From Octopus sinensis (taxonomy: Eukaryota): a stretch of DNA of 64,000 nt. A program made the position numbers and the translations under genes. A model generated the notes under the pieces. That model was not told the DNA's origin. It did no database searches and worked only from the letters and a program-made list of their open reading frames with translations. Of the stretch, positions 1 through 13,309 are shown in pieces (within the stretch, counting starts at the first letter, position 1; the number at the start of each line of letters is the position of its first letter). Location of the stretch: assembly GCF_006345805.1 (NCBI RefSeq), contig NC_043005.1:60326001-60390000 (forward strand), given 5' to 3'.

Positions 1-1658
1 AATCGTCTAATTGAATTACTACTCAATACTTCCACTAACGATTTTTGAGAGCCCTAACTACCTCATGCTCCCTTTTGTATGATCTTACAAGATTTGCATT
101 CACTTATGTATTAGGTACTTATAAATACACTAGGATCTACTGAAATATTTTAACAAATAATAATATCAAAATCTTGTTTACTTGAAGAGATATATATGTG
201 AGTGTATTCACACATGCATACACGCACATATATACAGAGGAAAGAACACTCACACATACATATACACGCACACACACACATACAAGGAAAGAAAGGGGGA
301 GAGAGAGAAAGAGAGAAGGACAATGGGACGAAGCACATAAAGTTGAAGGAGAGGCTAAGAAGTTCATTTCACAATCATGATGTCCAGACTTTGATACTAT
401 TGTGTGACATCTTTCTTCTCTTTACATAACACATTTCGAGTCACACTTTGGCAGTGGACAATGCACATGCAGGAACTGTGAGAAATCCTCTCGACTGGAA
501 TGTATCACTAAATGAAAGAGTGAGCCCTTTGCTCACTCACTGCGTCACGTCACCGCATTTTAGGAATATCATTATAAATCAAATCACATTATAAAAGACA
601 CGTGGCCTTGTGCTAATGGACGAAATCAATAGAAATCAATAAAAGTAAAAATCAATAATCTATTCCTACTGTTAATACTCCATACTCTATCAATGTTTTA
701 TGTCTGGTTACTACTATAAATTATACACATTTGTATCCAGCGATTGATTGATTTCCAACTATGTTAAGTTTCTACAATTGAATGTTTCAACTAAGAATCC
801 AATTACAATATGTCCATACCTAATTTTCGCGCGCATTAAAAACATGTCAATATTATTATAAATTACAAGCCTGTCTATGTAACACAACAATATTATTAAG
901 AATTAACAACCTCGTTAATATTACTTTAAGAAATCATTGCATTCATTGCGAAAAATAAATTGCGAATATATCGATTGGCCTCTTCTCGTGTTTGGTCACA
1001 TAAAGTCTTTTAAATCTTTCATTCAATCTGAACTTTTTAGATATTTGCAAATTTTTTTCTTAATTATAAACAATCAATAGATATTTTTACAAAAACTAAG
1101 GATTTTTTTAATGCTTAATTTGAGGTTATGCAAAGTGATAGTTTAATTTCCGGTCGAATAATTCTGTAAAGCATGAAGTTTCTTATTTTTTATGAAGGTT
1201 GGATCACAGTTTCGGTTCTCAATAGTGTGTCGACTAATCATATTAGTAAAGAATTTATTTTAGGTGAAATTCATGTCTAACTATCTAAAATTTCCATTTT
1301 ATACTATATTTTTATGCCTGGAGAAAATAAATTAATACATGAGTCCCTAATGCACAGAGCCCTCTCCTGTTGTCAAGCTGCAAGTAGAAAATTGGGAAAC
1401 CCTACACAAAGATCAAAAAAACAAATTTTCAGACATATATATGATTCGGTGTTTTATTCAGCAGATTTGATTTGCATTTACTATAGTTTACGGGTTATTT
1501 CCATATCGTCTTCAGTTAGCCATCTAGACAATACTGGAGAAGGCATAAGCTTCGTTTTGCCTTACTCGTAAATTTCGTAAAGACCAAAGGGAGTGTTGCA
1601 TAGTCAGTGAGGTGTATGTGATTTTTTTAACCGAGTCAGTTCAAGATCTAAAGTACCC

Positions 1659-1799
1659 ACAATCTCACTTGAAATCCTTCAAAAGTTAATTTAGTAATTC
1701 ACAATGTGGAGTCAACAAACAATACTCCAACCTACAATATCACTTGAACTCCTTGAAGCCTTAATTTAGCAATTAACAATACGGAGTCAACAAACAATA
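1659..1799. repeat. Diverged tandem duplication, two copies, period ~75 bp
   Basis: ACAAT(C/A)TCACTTGAA(A/C)TCCTT...GGAGTCAACAAACAATA occurs at 1659-1724 and 1734-1799. Confidence 0.8.
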
Positions 1800-4700
1800 G
1801 TTTAAATGTCATAGTTCATCTGTATGATACTTGTGGTTTTAAAGGCAGGCGTTCACCTTGCATGTCTTAATCAGTAGTGTACTGAATCAACTGTTTAGTA
1901 GAGTGTATTGACAATTTTTCAGTTTATGAATGTGCACCATAACAGGAGATTAGTTTATACAGTAATACAACTCCCTCAATACACTCATTTTAATTCCAAA
2001 CTTTTTACTTACAACTCGGCATGGCTCATTATGCTTTAATAAGAGTCTTTTATTAATAATTCCTATAAATAAACGGAACGACTTTTCCAACGATATAGAA
2101 ACTGAGTTAAAACATCTAAAGCAAGTAAGGTAGAGGTAAAAACTAAAAGGAAAAAGAGAAAGAGCGATGAGGTGAAATTGGATAAGTTGAAAATACGTGT
2201 TTTAGTTCCATTAATATTTCACAATAACATGCCAATTGCAGTTAGATTTTGTACTCGGATAGAGCATATATTCTGAGTGATGCTACTAAAAGCTAATATA
2301 TTCTATGTGATACATGTGAACATATTGATAAGTGCAGTTTAATCATGACATTTGGGAACACGAATCGTTCTCATGTTGCACACTGAGAGAAAATATTTCG
2401 TATGGAAATATGGAAATTTTATTTACTGTTTCCCTTTTCCACTCAGAAAACAGATCTTAGAACATAAAGAAAAATAGCATAAATCTAGAAGCGGTTCCCT
2501 CCCCTTAAGAACATTCACCCTCTCATTTCATAGAAACCTCTCTCTACCTCTCTCTCTCCCCATCTTTTTTTTTTCTCTCTCTCTCTCTGTTACTCCAGAA
2601 GCAACTATAAACAGCAGCAGTAGCAGCAACTGTTTCCAGTAAAAAAAAAAAACACTTTTGTATTACCAGCATATAAAAGGATACGTCAAATCATTATTAC
2701 CTTATAATAGGCTTTAAAAAATAAATATTTCGAAACATTACAATTAGTGGCGCTAAACATATTCAAAGCAAAGCATCACTAATCCGATTAGAAATATTTC
2801 GGGGAAAAACAAGACTATTAGCTCAGTGACTAATATTATAGTAATTTTTACTTTAAAATACCGAACTGATTGTAATAATGTAATGAATGAGATACTTTTG
2901 TTCCCTTTACAATAAACTAGTATTTCATTGTTGATACTCTGCATTTAATATGCCTATAATTATTTCGTTATTTACAAGATTAACAGGATAGTAACGGCAT
3001 ACAGAATTCGATCCTTCAGTTGTATGTTCTCTATACACTTGATTAATGTAATAATAAAATTGTTGTAGTTCACGTATTTCTATATTGTGAAGTTTGCTTT
3101 CAGAAAGACATTTAAATTCTGCTTTAGTTATGAGCGGTGGGGGCGGTACCGTGTAATTTTGAATCTTTTTATGAAAAATGTCATCAATAGTCATACTTCT
3201 TGACGAGAACGACACATTTTCAGACGAATAGAAAAAGTTATCTGTAAAATTGATTCCTAAATGCCAAGAATTCTAAACGGCAAAGTGCAATTTTTCCTTA
3301 TTACAAAAACGCATAGTCCGTGAAATTCAACTGCAATTCACTTTAGAAACATTTGGCAATTTAATTAGCCTACAGCCGTAGTAAATCATTTGTGATATTA
3401 ATATTGGTCTCCAATGGGATATTTTTGCGAATGGGATCATTATGTCACTTTCGCATCAGTGTATCACATGAAATATAATTCTCCATTAAATAAGATTAAT
3501 ACACTTTTAGTGTTTGTTTAGTTCTTATTTCTATTCTCAATGGATAAGAGGTAAGTTCAGTCATAGTGAACAACACAGTGAAATTTTCAATTATCTTTGC
3601 TTCCATTTCTCTTTGTTTATTCAGTTAATGTGCACAGTAAATCACCTACACATTTAAACAAAAGAATTTCTATCTTTTATTTTTAATAGCAAACAAAACT
3701 GTTCAGGGGATTTCGATACCCGCTTTATCTACAATGACGATACGATTTCTATTTTTGCTGCAGTTATTTCGCTTTTATCGACGTCACATCTACTACATTA
3801 TTGGATATCTAAAACAATGTTTTAGTCATTATTTATTTGATGATATTCATGATAAATTGTAATAATTAGTTACTACTGATCAGTATTTATTGATATCAAG
3901 ATGGAAAGTCACTCTTCTGGAGCACTATTCTGTAATCTCGCGGAGAAGAGAGTATGAAACTCATAAATGTTTCAGTTCGAACACTACACACAACATTCAG
4001 GTTTCTTGTTAGGCATGGACTCGTTCTCTCCACAGTCAAAGACGACTTATTACAGGTATTACTGATTTCGATATGACACCCTATTCATCTCACCCAAATA
4101 TTTTCTTTGTCATTGCCATTTAATGATGTCCAATTCACATATTTTCTTCCTTGTATCAGTATTTGATTTTCTCAATATGTTTGTATTATGATCCCTCACT
4201 TTGTAACAGGTGACGTCGTGACGCTCATTCATATTCAGTTCACAATAAGGTAATATGTACATACATTAATTGAGACAAATATCTGGAATCCATATTATAT
4301 GTTCAGTTGATGGGAATGCACTTCTATTTTACCATTTACGATTTAAGGCATAATTCATTCAATTTATTCTTTTCCAAGGCATGAGTGATCAATTTTCCGA
4401 GAGGAAATTTTTTAGATGTTTTTCTTTTTCATTTAGACTCTTCCTAAAAGCAAATGACATACCTTAACGCACAAAGCATTATCATTGAGACTGTCTTGCT
4501 AGTGTGTATCTCTTATTTCGCAGTGTCCAGTAACTGTTTGATTTTCTTACTTGTTAGAAAGTTAATTACAGTATTTAAACATTTTTGCTCAGATAGGTAT
4601 AAAAACAGGAAAAACACATAAAGGAATCATAAAATTAATCCTAGATATGATTCTATGTTCAGTCTGAATAATTACTGGCATCATTGACCATGATGTTCTG

Positions 4701-6860
4701 TTTGTCTTCCTGCAAGTTTGACAAGATAAACTTACATAATGAGGGTGTTTAGTGGTGTGTACTTTCGAGGAGAAAGAGTAGTCAACTGTTTCGGGAAAAA
4801 ATCAAAGATGGAAAACGTTGGAAGTGGCAAAGTACATTGAATGAATTTCGATGAATTCTATATTGTGATTCTGCCTTCATAATAATAGAAGCTGTTGCGG
4901 GGTCTCCAGAAATAAATGAGTTTCGAATCAGCAAATTTTGATCAAGTGTCAATTAGAGTAATATACTTAAAATTTTTTGCATTCCGTGTAGTTCAAAATT
5001 TTGTTTTCCATCAAGTGGACTTGTTGATTACTTTGGACTTTGAATAAGGCAATGATTCTCATATTCTCATGTATAGCAGATAATTACATGCTCAAGAATC
5101 GTTTGATATAAGTGGTGTCTACATGTCAAGTTTCATTTAAATACGATTATAATGTAATTGATAGAAGGATATTTCAAACCGGTGAGGAAATAGAAACTCC
5201 CATAAATTGCTTCCACTTCTTATATTTCTGTTACTCCAGCGAATCAGGTTTACTCTTTCTATTTTCACTTGTTTGAATATAATTCTCCATATCTCATTTC
5301 CCTTTCTCGTAGGATTTCAGGTTTTATAGAGATAGGAAACAGCATTGCACGATTACCTGGCATGAAAAGTGTTTACCAAATCTTGGTTTTCTATTTGTCT
5401 CTTTTGTCTTAATATACCTAAAGAGGAAATTTCGAAAATATCAAAAGGTTCATAATTCGTAAAAGAAATATATTTCTCTGATTCCTTTATTGTATTTCCC
5501 ATCATCACACATTAATTTGTGCAGTTCTAGGGAAACGGAGGAAGCTTTACTATTATTCAGTCATAAAGGACACTATTGGTAAACAGCTGCCATTCAAATA
5601 CAGTCTTTTAACCCCCGAGAGATGTAAAGCCTTACAGTACAATTACTCAATCATAGAGTAATCTCTGTATTTGATTGACAGTTCGTTTATAGAATTCTTC
5701 TTATTTCATATACAATGCAGCAAATAGCCGACATTATAGAAAAGTCAATTTTGTCACGATAATAACAATATATCTTATTGAATACTTGTACGTGAAGCAA
5801 ATTAGTTTTACAATCTTACAGCATAATTATATAACTATTTCAAGTTTTAGAGATGAATAATGGATTATTTAGAAATAAATTCTGCTATATTTACCCTGTT
5901 TACATGCCTATTTATCAATGAGTCTATTGCATTCCCCCTTACTCTCTGTCAGTCTGTCTCTCTCCCCCTGCTTCTCCTCTTTCTCTCTCTCACTCTGTAT
6001 TTCTAGGTGATGCGTGACCAATTTTCCGTTGCAGTCGACTAAACTGAGCACAAACGGTGGTTGATTCGACTAAATTCTCCATATTCCAGTGTTCTCCATA
6101 TTTTAACTATTTTCATCTGTTTCATGTCAATTTCAGCCCCGCTTTACTCTTCTTCTGATCATGTCACATACGTATACAAGTAGAAGTAATAAGTAAATAC
6201 ATATTAGCTTTATGACAAACCTCCATTGGAATGGATGTAGATAAAAGAGACTTTAAGGCCGAAAAGGTAAAAAATGATTGGTTCTCCTGTCGCAAGACAA
6301 AGCATTAATTGCCAATAATTTTCTTTCCCCAGCCACAGATTTTCAGCTTTTCAGCTGCTTAGTTTTAATTTTCGGGAACAAATTTTAATGCTGTGATTGT
6401 CGGACCAAAAGTGATATATTTTTATATCAAATTCTTTTAGTAATTTATAAGAGGACATATCAAATATTAATTTAGGTAAGTTCTGAGTAATTTACATGTA
6501 GACATAACAGAGTTGCCAAATCGACAGTTACAATTGCATCAGTATTTCTTCTTAAACGAATTCTATACGTGTTCACAATAAGACTTCAGTTCAATGAGAT
6601 CAGGGGTGGGTGTCGGGGTAAACTTGAAACATTTTGATAGGAGGTACATTTCGTTCTTGTTGCGGTTTCTCTTTGAAAACTTTATGATCTTCGGGTTTAT
6701 ATGATGTGTGTGTTCATTTAAATTTTGTGTATTATCGAGTCCGGTGCGTGATTTTGGTATTTTTACCCTAAAAAAATTGTGTTACCCTGTAAAAATAAGA
6801 GGGGAAGAGAGAAAGACAGCAAAAATATTTTCAGTGATGACCACACCACATGTGTTTTGT

Positions 6861-7225
6861 ATGTTAATTACCAGTTAAAAGGGCAATACGCTAATAAAGC
6901 CTATGATGTTAATACAGAGGAAATTTTATCATGGGGTACCATGGGTGATTGTTTATAAAAGATATTATGTTGTATAAAGATAAAATTTAAGATTATCAAA
7001 ATTGATTAACCAAAATAGGTAAAATGTGTATATATATATATCAATTATCAACGTTAAAAAGGAAAGATTACATACTTATCATTTTTGGTAATCTTAAATT
7101 TAATCTTTATACAACATAACAATATTCCTTATAAGCAATCACCCATAGTACCCCATGATAAAATTTCCTCTGTATTAACATCATAGGTTTTAGTAGTGTC
7201 TTGCTCTTTAACTGGTGATTAACAT
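6861..7225. mobile_element. MITE/foldback-like element with ~140-bp terminal inverted repeats
   Basis: 6861-7001 is the near-exact reverse complement of 7083-7225 (e.g. CCTATGATGTTAATACAGAGGAAATTTTATCATGGGGTAC in both arms); ~80-bp spacer; no clear TSD. Confidence 0.75.
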
Positions 7226-7592
7226 CATGATGTAAGGTCTTCCACTACCCCACCTCCTTTACTGACAGTTACTTTATACCCAATTTACTACTAATATCTT
7301 GACAATATTTATGACCATATCTAGCCATAACCTGTCTACTCACGCTTGCCCTTCATTCCAAACAGACACATTCCCCTAGTCTTAGTTTTCGCAATTGATA
7401 TATAGACAAATAAATTAGAAATGAACCACATTCCTTTACAAGCTATCAATTAAGCTTCATGACTTTCTTGGAAGTGTAGTATATTCTTAGCTAGAATAAC
7501 GACATCAAGGATTTCTTCCATCTTCTTGTTCTATTAAAATATTTCAGTAAAATTATATCAATGTGTCCGACTAATTAAACTTCTATTTATTT

Positions 7593-7662
7593 GTGCAGCT
7601 GATGATAGCCCCGCATTTCATTGTTTAATTAAATGGAGTCCCTTGAAACAGTCGTACTGCAT
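7593..7662 (+). ncRNA. Degenerate type-I hammerhead ribozyme-like motif
   Basis: Stem I GTGCAG/CTGCAT; core CTGATGA 7599-7605; GAAA 7645-7648; stem III AC-AGTC-GT; GUA triplet 7654-7656; stem II pairs poorly. Confidence 0.5.
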
Positions 7663-9479
7663 CACTTCTTGATATCCTGTTGCTTATTTTGATTTTACTC
7701 GCCTTACTGACTTGTTGCTTCAACTTAAGTACTTATTTGAACTGAATCTTAATTATTTCTTATATATATTTATGTCTATTTGTCTCTATGTTTCTTTGTA
7801 TACATCTATGGATTTAATTAAAACCATTACATTACAAAAAGAATCGTATATTTCTCTAACATTATTATACAACCACACATGTTTGTATAACTATTTTCGC
7901 AACATTTCTATTTTTGTTATTTGCTCTCGAATCTGGTACGATGGAAGACAATGTCAGCTCAAAAATGTTTTGGATCACAGTGAATATTTTTGATGATTCT
8001 TGCATTCACCTTAATTTGGCAAACAAAAAAGACAATATATGTGTCTAAACCATCAGCATGCTAAAAGTAGGAGCTAGACATCCCACTAATAATCGAAGTG
8101 ATCAGAAGATAAAGGCAGTCATAGATGCATCGAAAAAAACCCCTCATGATCTCGATTTGAATTAAATTTATCATAATCCTGCTTGTTCAGGCTTTACTTG
8201 AGGCTAAAAACCAGCTACTAATATTGAGCAACTATTCTGTTGTAAGCAAACGAGGAAACATTTACGTGATAGTTCGGCCTGCTATATATCGCTCCCACTT
8301 TTAAGTAAAACTGCCTTTCACCATTATAGAAACATGTCGATTCGTAAAGGCAGTCATGGACTCCTTGTACATTGAAAAAAGTGATTAAGGTCACGGCTAG
8401 AGTTTCTCTTAACATAGATTTGCTTGAACAGTGTAATTGGACTAAAACTTGACAACCAATATTGACCGAGAAATATATTAAATAGCTGTTCTGTGTTAAT
8501 AATCATTATGCTCAAAAACAAACGTTGAATTTATTACTGATTATTAATTTCTTGCTGAGTTGCTAATTCCTTGCTGCCGCTTGATAGATTTCTATAACTA
8601 CTAGCTTATTTCAGTGAGAAACATTCAAGTTAAATGTTCACATGAGGAGACTTAATATTGTCAAAGGAAATTTCATTTCTTCTTCGAAACAATATTTAAA
8701 GCTGAAAATATTGACTTTGAGATAGTTATGGAGAGTCCTCGAATTAATATATACAATTTGTTTGACGAGGAACAAGACGATGCTGAGAATGAGTATGACA
8801 TCGACGTTGCTATCATCAGTTTATTTACAACTATGAAAGAAAGAAGAAGGAATAAAAAGTGAAAGAAATATAAGAAAAGAGATGAAGAAGAGAATATAAG
8901 AGAAGAAAAAATAGAGATGAAGTAAAACATAACTAAAGAGGGGAATAAGAAAAGGAGGAGAAGGGAAGGACGAAAAATATGACAAAATGGAAGAAGAAGG
9001 AAGATAGTTTGCAGTTTCTTGTAGAAATTGCTGTCGGTAACTTACACCAATTTCACGCAGATAATTTATTCTCTGAGTTTTTAATTTTACTTTCTATACA
9101 CAGAGAGGAAATTACTTTAAGTTTTATGATGGATGTATACGCAAGTATTATGTATTTTACGAGCCCCAAACTATTTTAACAGTAATTTCGTAAATTGATA
9201 CGCCTTACGGTTGCACTTAAATATAAATAAATGAAATCGAGTTATTCAACTTTAAAGTGCACGGTGTTCTATTCCCAGTAAGTATCAATATTTATAGAAA
9301 TGAGTATACATTGTAAATAAATCTAGTATCACATCGTGCTTAAGACCTTCATAAACTGCATAAAGATCTTTTTACGCTAATGTTAGAACATTGCATCTCT
9401 AAACTTCAGTAAGTTATATTTATTTATCACTCACCATAAGCCCTACCCAATAGAATATTCTCATTACATTTGTGATATA

Positions 9480-9745
9480 CTGGCTGCGATGGGTAAATTG
9501 TCACCATTTTGTTTTTAATATCGTGCTTTCGCATTATTTGTTTTTGGTTTTGTCGACTACACAGTAGGTAGGATCATTTCGGCACCACCTGTGAGAAAAT
9601 AGCACCATGACGCAATTCACTCTGCCAGAAAGTTGGAAACGACATTCTGTACTGCTTGGCATTCGCGCCGGAAGCTCTAATACGAACATTCCAGAATGTT
9701 CGGGTATCAATCTGAGGATAGTGCAATCTGAGGACATATACCGAG
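9480..9745 (+). mobile_element. 5' fragment of a Tc1/mariner-superfamily DNA transposon (end plus transposase N-terminus)
   Basis: Starts after TA (9478-9479); ORF 9607 [40 protein letters not shown] resembles the N-terminal HTH of Tc1/mariner-like transposases I recall from octopus; no catalytic domain present. Confidence 0.45.
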
Positions 9746-9884
9746 AGTGTCTGTGTTTGTCCGACAGAATAAGTTGTAGGTATTTATAAAATAAGCTCTG
9801 GAGTCGAGGTTTTTACTGAACACTTCAAGGTGGTCCGCCAGAATGGCTGCGATCAAATGCCTGAGACAAAAAAGGAATAAAATA

Positions 9885-9920
9885 ATATGTATGTATGTAT
9901 GTATGCATATATATATATGC

Positions 9921-9955
<35 letters not shown>

Positions 9956-9988
9956 TATAGATATATATATATAGATATATATATATAC

Positions 9989-10071
<83 letters not shown>

Positions 10072-10086
10072 CATATATATATACAT

Positions 10087-10117
<31 letters not shown>

Positions 10118-10267
10118 CATACATATATATATATATATATACATATATATATGCACGCATGTGCACACACACAGTGATATATATACATATGTATGTATAT
10201 TACGTATTTATGTACATATACATAAATGTATAAATAAAAGATAAACACACGCACAGATATATATGTA

Positions 10268-10350
<83 letters not shown>
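9885..10350. repeat. Compound (TA)n/(TACA)/(CT)n microsatellite block
   Basis: Seen directly; accounts for the poly-IY ORFs at 9707-10394. Confidence 0.95.
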
Positions 10351-10353
<3 letters not shown>

Positions 10354-10987
10354 AAGTTACACATTTCTGTCTCTTTTCCCGTGTAATGATTCATTCCTTC
10401 GATGATCGGATTGCAGAATTTACAGGGGGTGCATTCGTCTAGGTCGTTCTAAAGTGACATTAGGAAAACGATCTATTGTAGTTTTCAAGCATGTATGAAA
10501 CTGTTCTTGTGTGCAACTATGAGGCGTGCAACCAAGCACGTTGCATTTCTCTTTTGGCGGTCATACAATTAAAATTGTCTGTTAAATTATTAGATATTTG
10601 ATATTTTGATATTTTGCTATCTCTTCACGTTATCAAATCACTTACGCACATCTCTATGAAGCACATTTATGTGAAGCGACTCAACTTCAACAATAAAATT
10701 AAAAGTATCTATTGAAGGCATTGATCCATAATTTTAAATCCTATTCACAAAATACTGTTATCGTTCAAACTGAGCCATGTCGTCCACTTGTCCTCCAGCA
10801 ACTGCCAATGCCTGAAAGTCGGCATTCATACAGAATTAATATCCTTTCCTTTCAACGTAATCAAATAAAGTAGAACCACGACAATGATTTATTGCCGCAT
10901 TTATGACCTGTTAGATGGGTTGCACTCATGAATCCAGATTGTTATATCTTCAAAGACCCTCGCAACAATTGCATAATATTATCGCTT

Positions 10988-10991
<4 letters not shown>

Positions 10992-11081
<90 letters not shown>

Positions 11082-11082
11082 C
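10992..11082. repeat. (TA)n microsatellite
   Basis: Seen directly. Confidence 0.95.
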
Positions 11083-11515
11083 ACGCAATATCTTTCACCA
11101 ATACGGAAATACGGATATGATGCATGGAATGGTAAAAAGATGCTATCACATTATCTATATTATAATGCTCTTAACTGTTCAGATACTAGATGAAGAATAA
11201 AGGAGATGATAGCGCACAATTGATATTTAATCTATCTGAATAGGAACTAGAAAACATCCGACGCAATACATCATCATCTTATGAAAGGATAAAATAAGAA
11301 AATATCTACTGAAATATTCATTAGGACTTCTTATTACTCAAGTCAAACATGCGTGATCCGAATATTTTCGATTGATAACCGGTCTTCAAATACCTCAAAT
11401 GTATCACAATACATTCAACTATGTGTGTGTGTGTATGTGCTTGAGTGTGTGTGTGTGTGTTTGTGTGTATGCGTGTGTATGTGTGTGTGTGTGTGTGTAC
11501 TTGTATGTATGTATG

Positions 11516-11547
<32 letters not shown>

Positions 11548-11552
<5 letters not shown>

Positions 11553-11640
11553 ATACCTCGCCATATCGCGGTTCACCTATCGCGGTTTATTATTTAATCT
11601 TACGTCGATTCCTCCATGATTTTGTTTTGGATTTATATAT
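11548..11640 (+). mobile_element. Duplicated left end of the pogo/Tigger-like MITE
   Basis: TAGTAATACCTCGCCATATCGCGGTTCACCTATCGCGG...TTTTGGATTTATA is near-identical to 11876-11965. Confidence 0.7.
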
Positions 11641-11875
11641 ATATACATATGTATGTATATTACGTATTTATGTACATATACATAACTGTATAAATAAAAG
11701 ATAAGCACACGCACAGATATATATGTATGTATGTATCTCCCAACGTATGTGTGTGTGTGTTTGTATGTACATGAGTGTGTGTATGTGTGTGTGTTTGTGT
11801 GTATGCGTGTGTGTGTGTGCATGTACTTGTATGTATGTATGTATGTATGTATGTATAAATATATATATATATATA

Positions 11876-12094
11876 TAGTATTTCCTCGCCATATCGCGGT
11901 TCACCTATCGCGGTTTATTATATAATCTTACGTCGATTTCTCCATGATTTTGTTTTGGATTTATAATAAAATAAATATATACAAATCATAAAAATGATAA
12001 TAATAACTATACAGAACATTGCTGATTCTACTTCGCGGATTTTCACCTATCGCGGAGGGGTTTCGAAACGTAACACCGGCGATAGTCGAGGAAA

Positions 12095-12099
<5 letters not shown>
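11876..12099 (+). mobile_element. pogo/Tigger-like MITE (~224 bp) with ~24-bp TIRs
   Basis: Left TAGTATTTCCTCGCCATATCGCGG versus reverse complement of 12076-12099, TAATATTTCCTCGACTATCGCCGG; TA at both ends. Family assignment rests on TIR resemblance only. Confidence 0.65.
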
Positions 12100-12127
<28 letters not shown>

Positions 12128-12139
12128 CATTATTATTGC

Positions 12140-12183
<44 letters not shown>
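12097..12183. repeat. (ATT)n microsatellite
   Basis: Seen directly. Confidence 0.95.
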
Positions 12184-12184
<1 letters not shown>

Positions 12185-12404
12185 ATATATATATTTATAT
12201 ATAAGTGCGTACGTATGTATATATGTAAGCAGGTATGTATCCTTTAGTGAAATATGGATTATATGTGAGCTACTAGAAGAGTCATGTTCAGATAGTCCAG
12301 TATTTGGACGGGCTCGTATACGATGCCGTATTACTTCCACCAATTGTTCAGGGTGAACGTATACTTGGCTGTTGGTAAAAAGTAAGAAACGAGAAAAAGA
12401 AAGC

Positions 12405-12805
12405 TTAGGTTAAGGAAACAAGTGTTTCCTTTCTTCCCAACCACAAGGATCTGGGTCCAGTTCTACTGCATGACAACTTAAGCTAGTGACTTCTACAAAA
12501 GCCTCGCGACGATCGAAGCCCTGTAAGTGTATTTGGTTGACAGAAACTGGAAGATAGTCATATGTGTGTGTATGTGTGTGTGCGTGCTTGCGTGTGTGTG
12601 TATTTGTGTGTGTGTTTCCTGACAATCGATGTTAGTGTCTTTTATGTTCCCGTATATTAGCGGTTCGGCAAAAGAGACCGATTGACTATTACTAAGCCTA
12701 CAAAGAATAAGTGCTGGATTCGATTTCTTTGACTAACACCCTTTTAAGGTGATGCTGCAGCATGGCCACGGTCAAATGACAGAAACAATCAAAGGATTAA
12801 GAGAA
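12405..12805 (+). mobile_element. Degenerate tRNA-derived SINE (family A)
   Basis: Colinear with copies at 16593 and 51788 (CCAACCACA..., TAGCGGTTCGGCAAAAGAGACCGA, CAGCATGGCC..GTCAAATGAC). Confidence 0.75.
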
Positions 12806-12815
12806 TATATATATA

Positions 12816-13208
12816 CTAGCAGTAACGCCCGGCGTTGCTCGGGTTTGTAAGGGAAATAATTATATAAGCATTTTTAGAGATGTAAAGTATAATAGCCATC
12901 TCAATATGGCTAACCACAAAGGGGGAGGGGTGTTACTGTAGCTTTTTACGTTCTGAGATTTAATAATAAATTTTAGAGAGTTACTTCCCTTATATATGTC
13001 AAAAATGGATTAAAAATGGGAAAAATTGATGATAATTTTTTTTAAATCGTAGACTAATCGTAGACGCGCGCTAATACCCAGACGGTCTCGATATGAATCA
13101 CGACTATAAGATACCCGGTTTTGGTTAAACTGCACCGCAAAATGTGGGAGTAGTTAGGAATCTAAATCGTAGGAGACAGACACACAACCTCACTTTTATA
13201 TATAAAGA
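12816..13208 (-). mobile_element. Non-autonomous Helitron (~390 bp)
   Basis: Minus strand begins A|TCTTTATATATAAAA and ends with hairpin CCCGAGCAACGCCGGG then CTAG|T; inserted between A and T; no TSD. Confidence 0.8.
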
Positions 13209-13309
13209 TTTCCTCTATTTACATAATATTGAGGTCTCTTTCTTTCTTTTGTTATCTTACTGTTTTTACCAATATACATATATATATATATATATAATAT
13301 ATATATAGT

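Noticed and set aside
2672-2695. TATAAAAG followed by an Inr-like TCATT
   Set aside because: Spacing (~19 nt) is too short for a TATA-Inr promoter and no downstream gene is supported
2753-3215. Adjacent minus-strand ORFs (96 and 63 aa), considered as a frameshifted receptor gene
   Set aside because: No recognisable motif, upstream stop nearby, AT-rich composition explains the hydrophobic stretch
9707-10394. Poly-IY/HT/CV ORFs here and at 21.8-23.2, 57.1-57.4 and 61.1-61.8 kb
   Set aside because: Dinucleotide microsatellites lack stop codons; no coding signal
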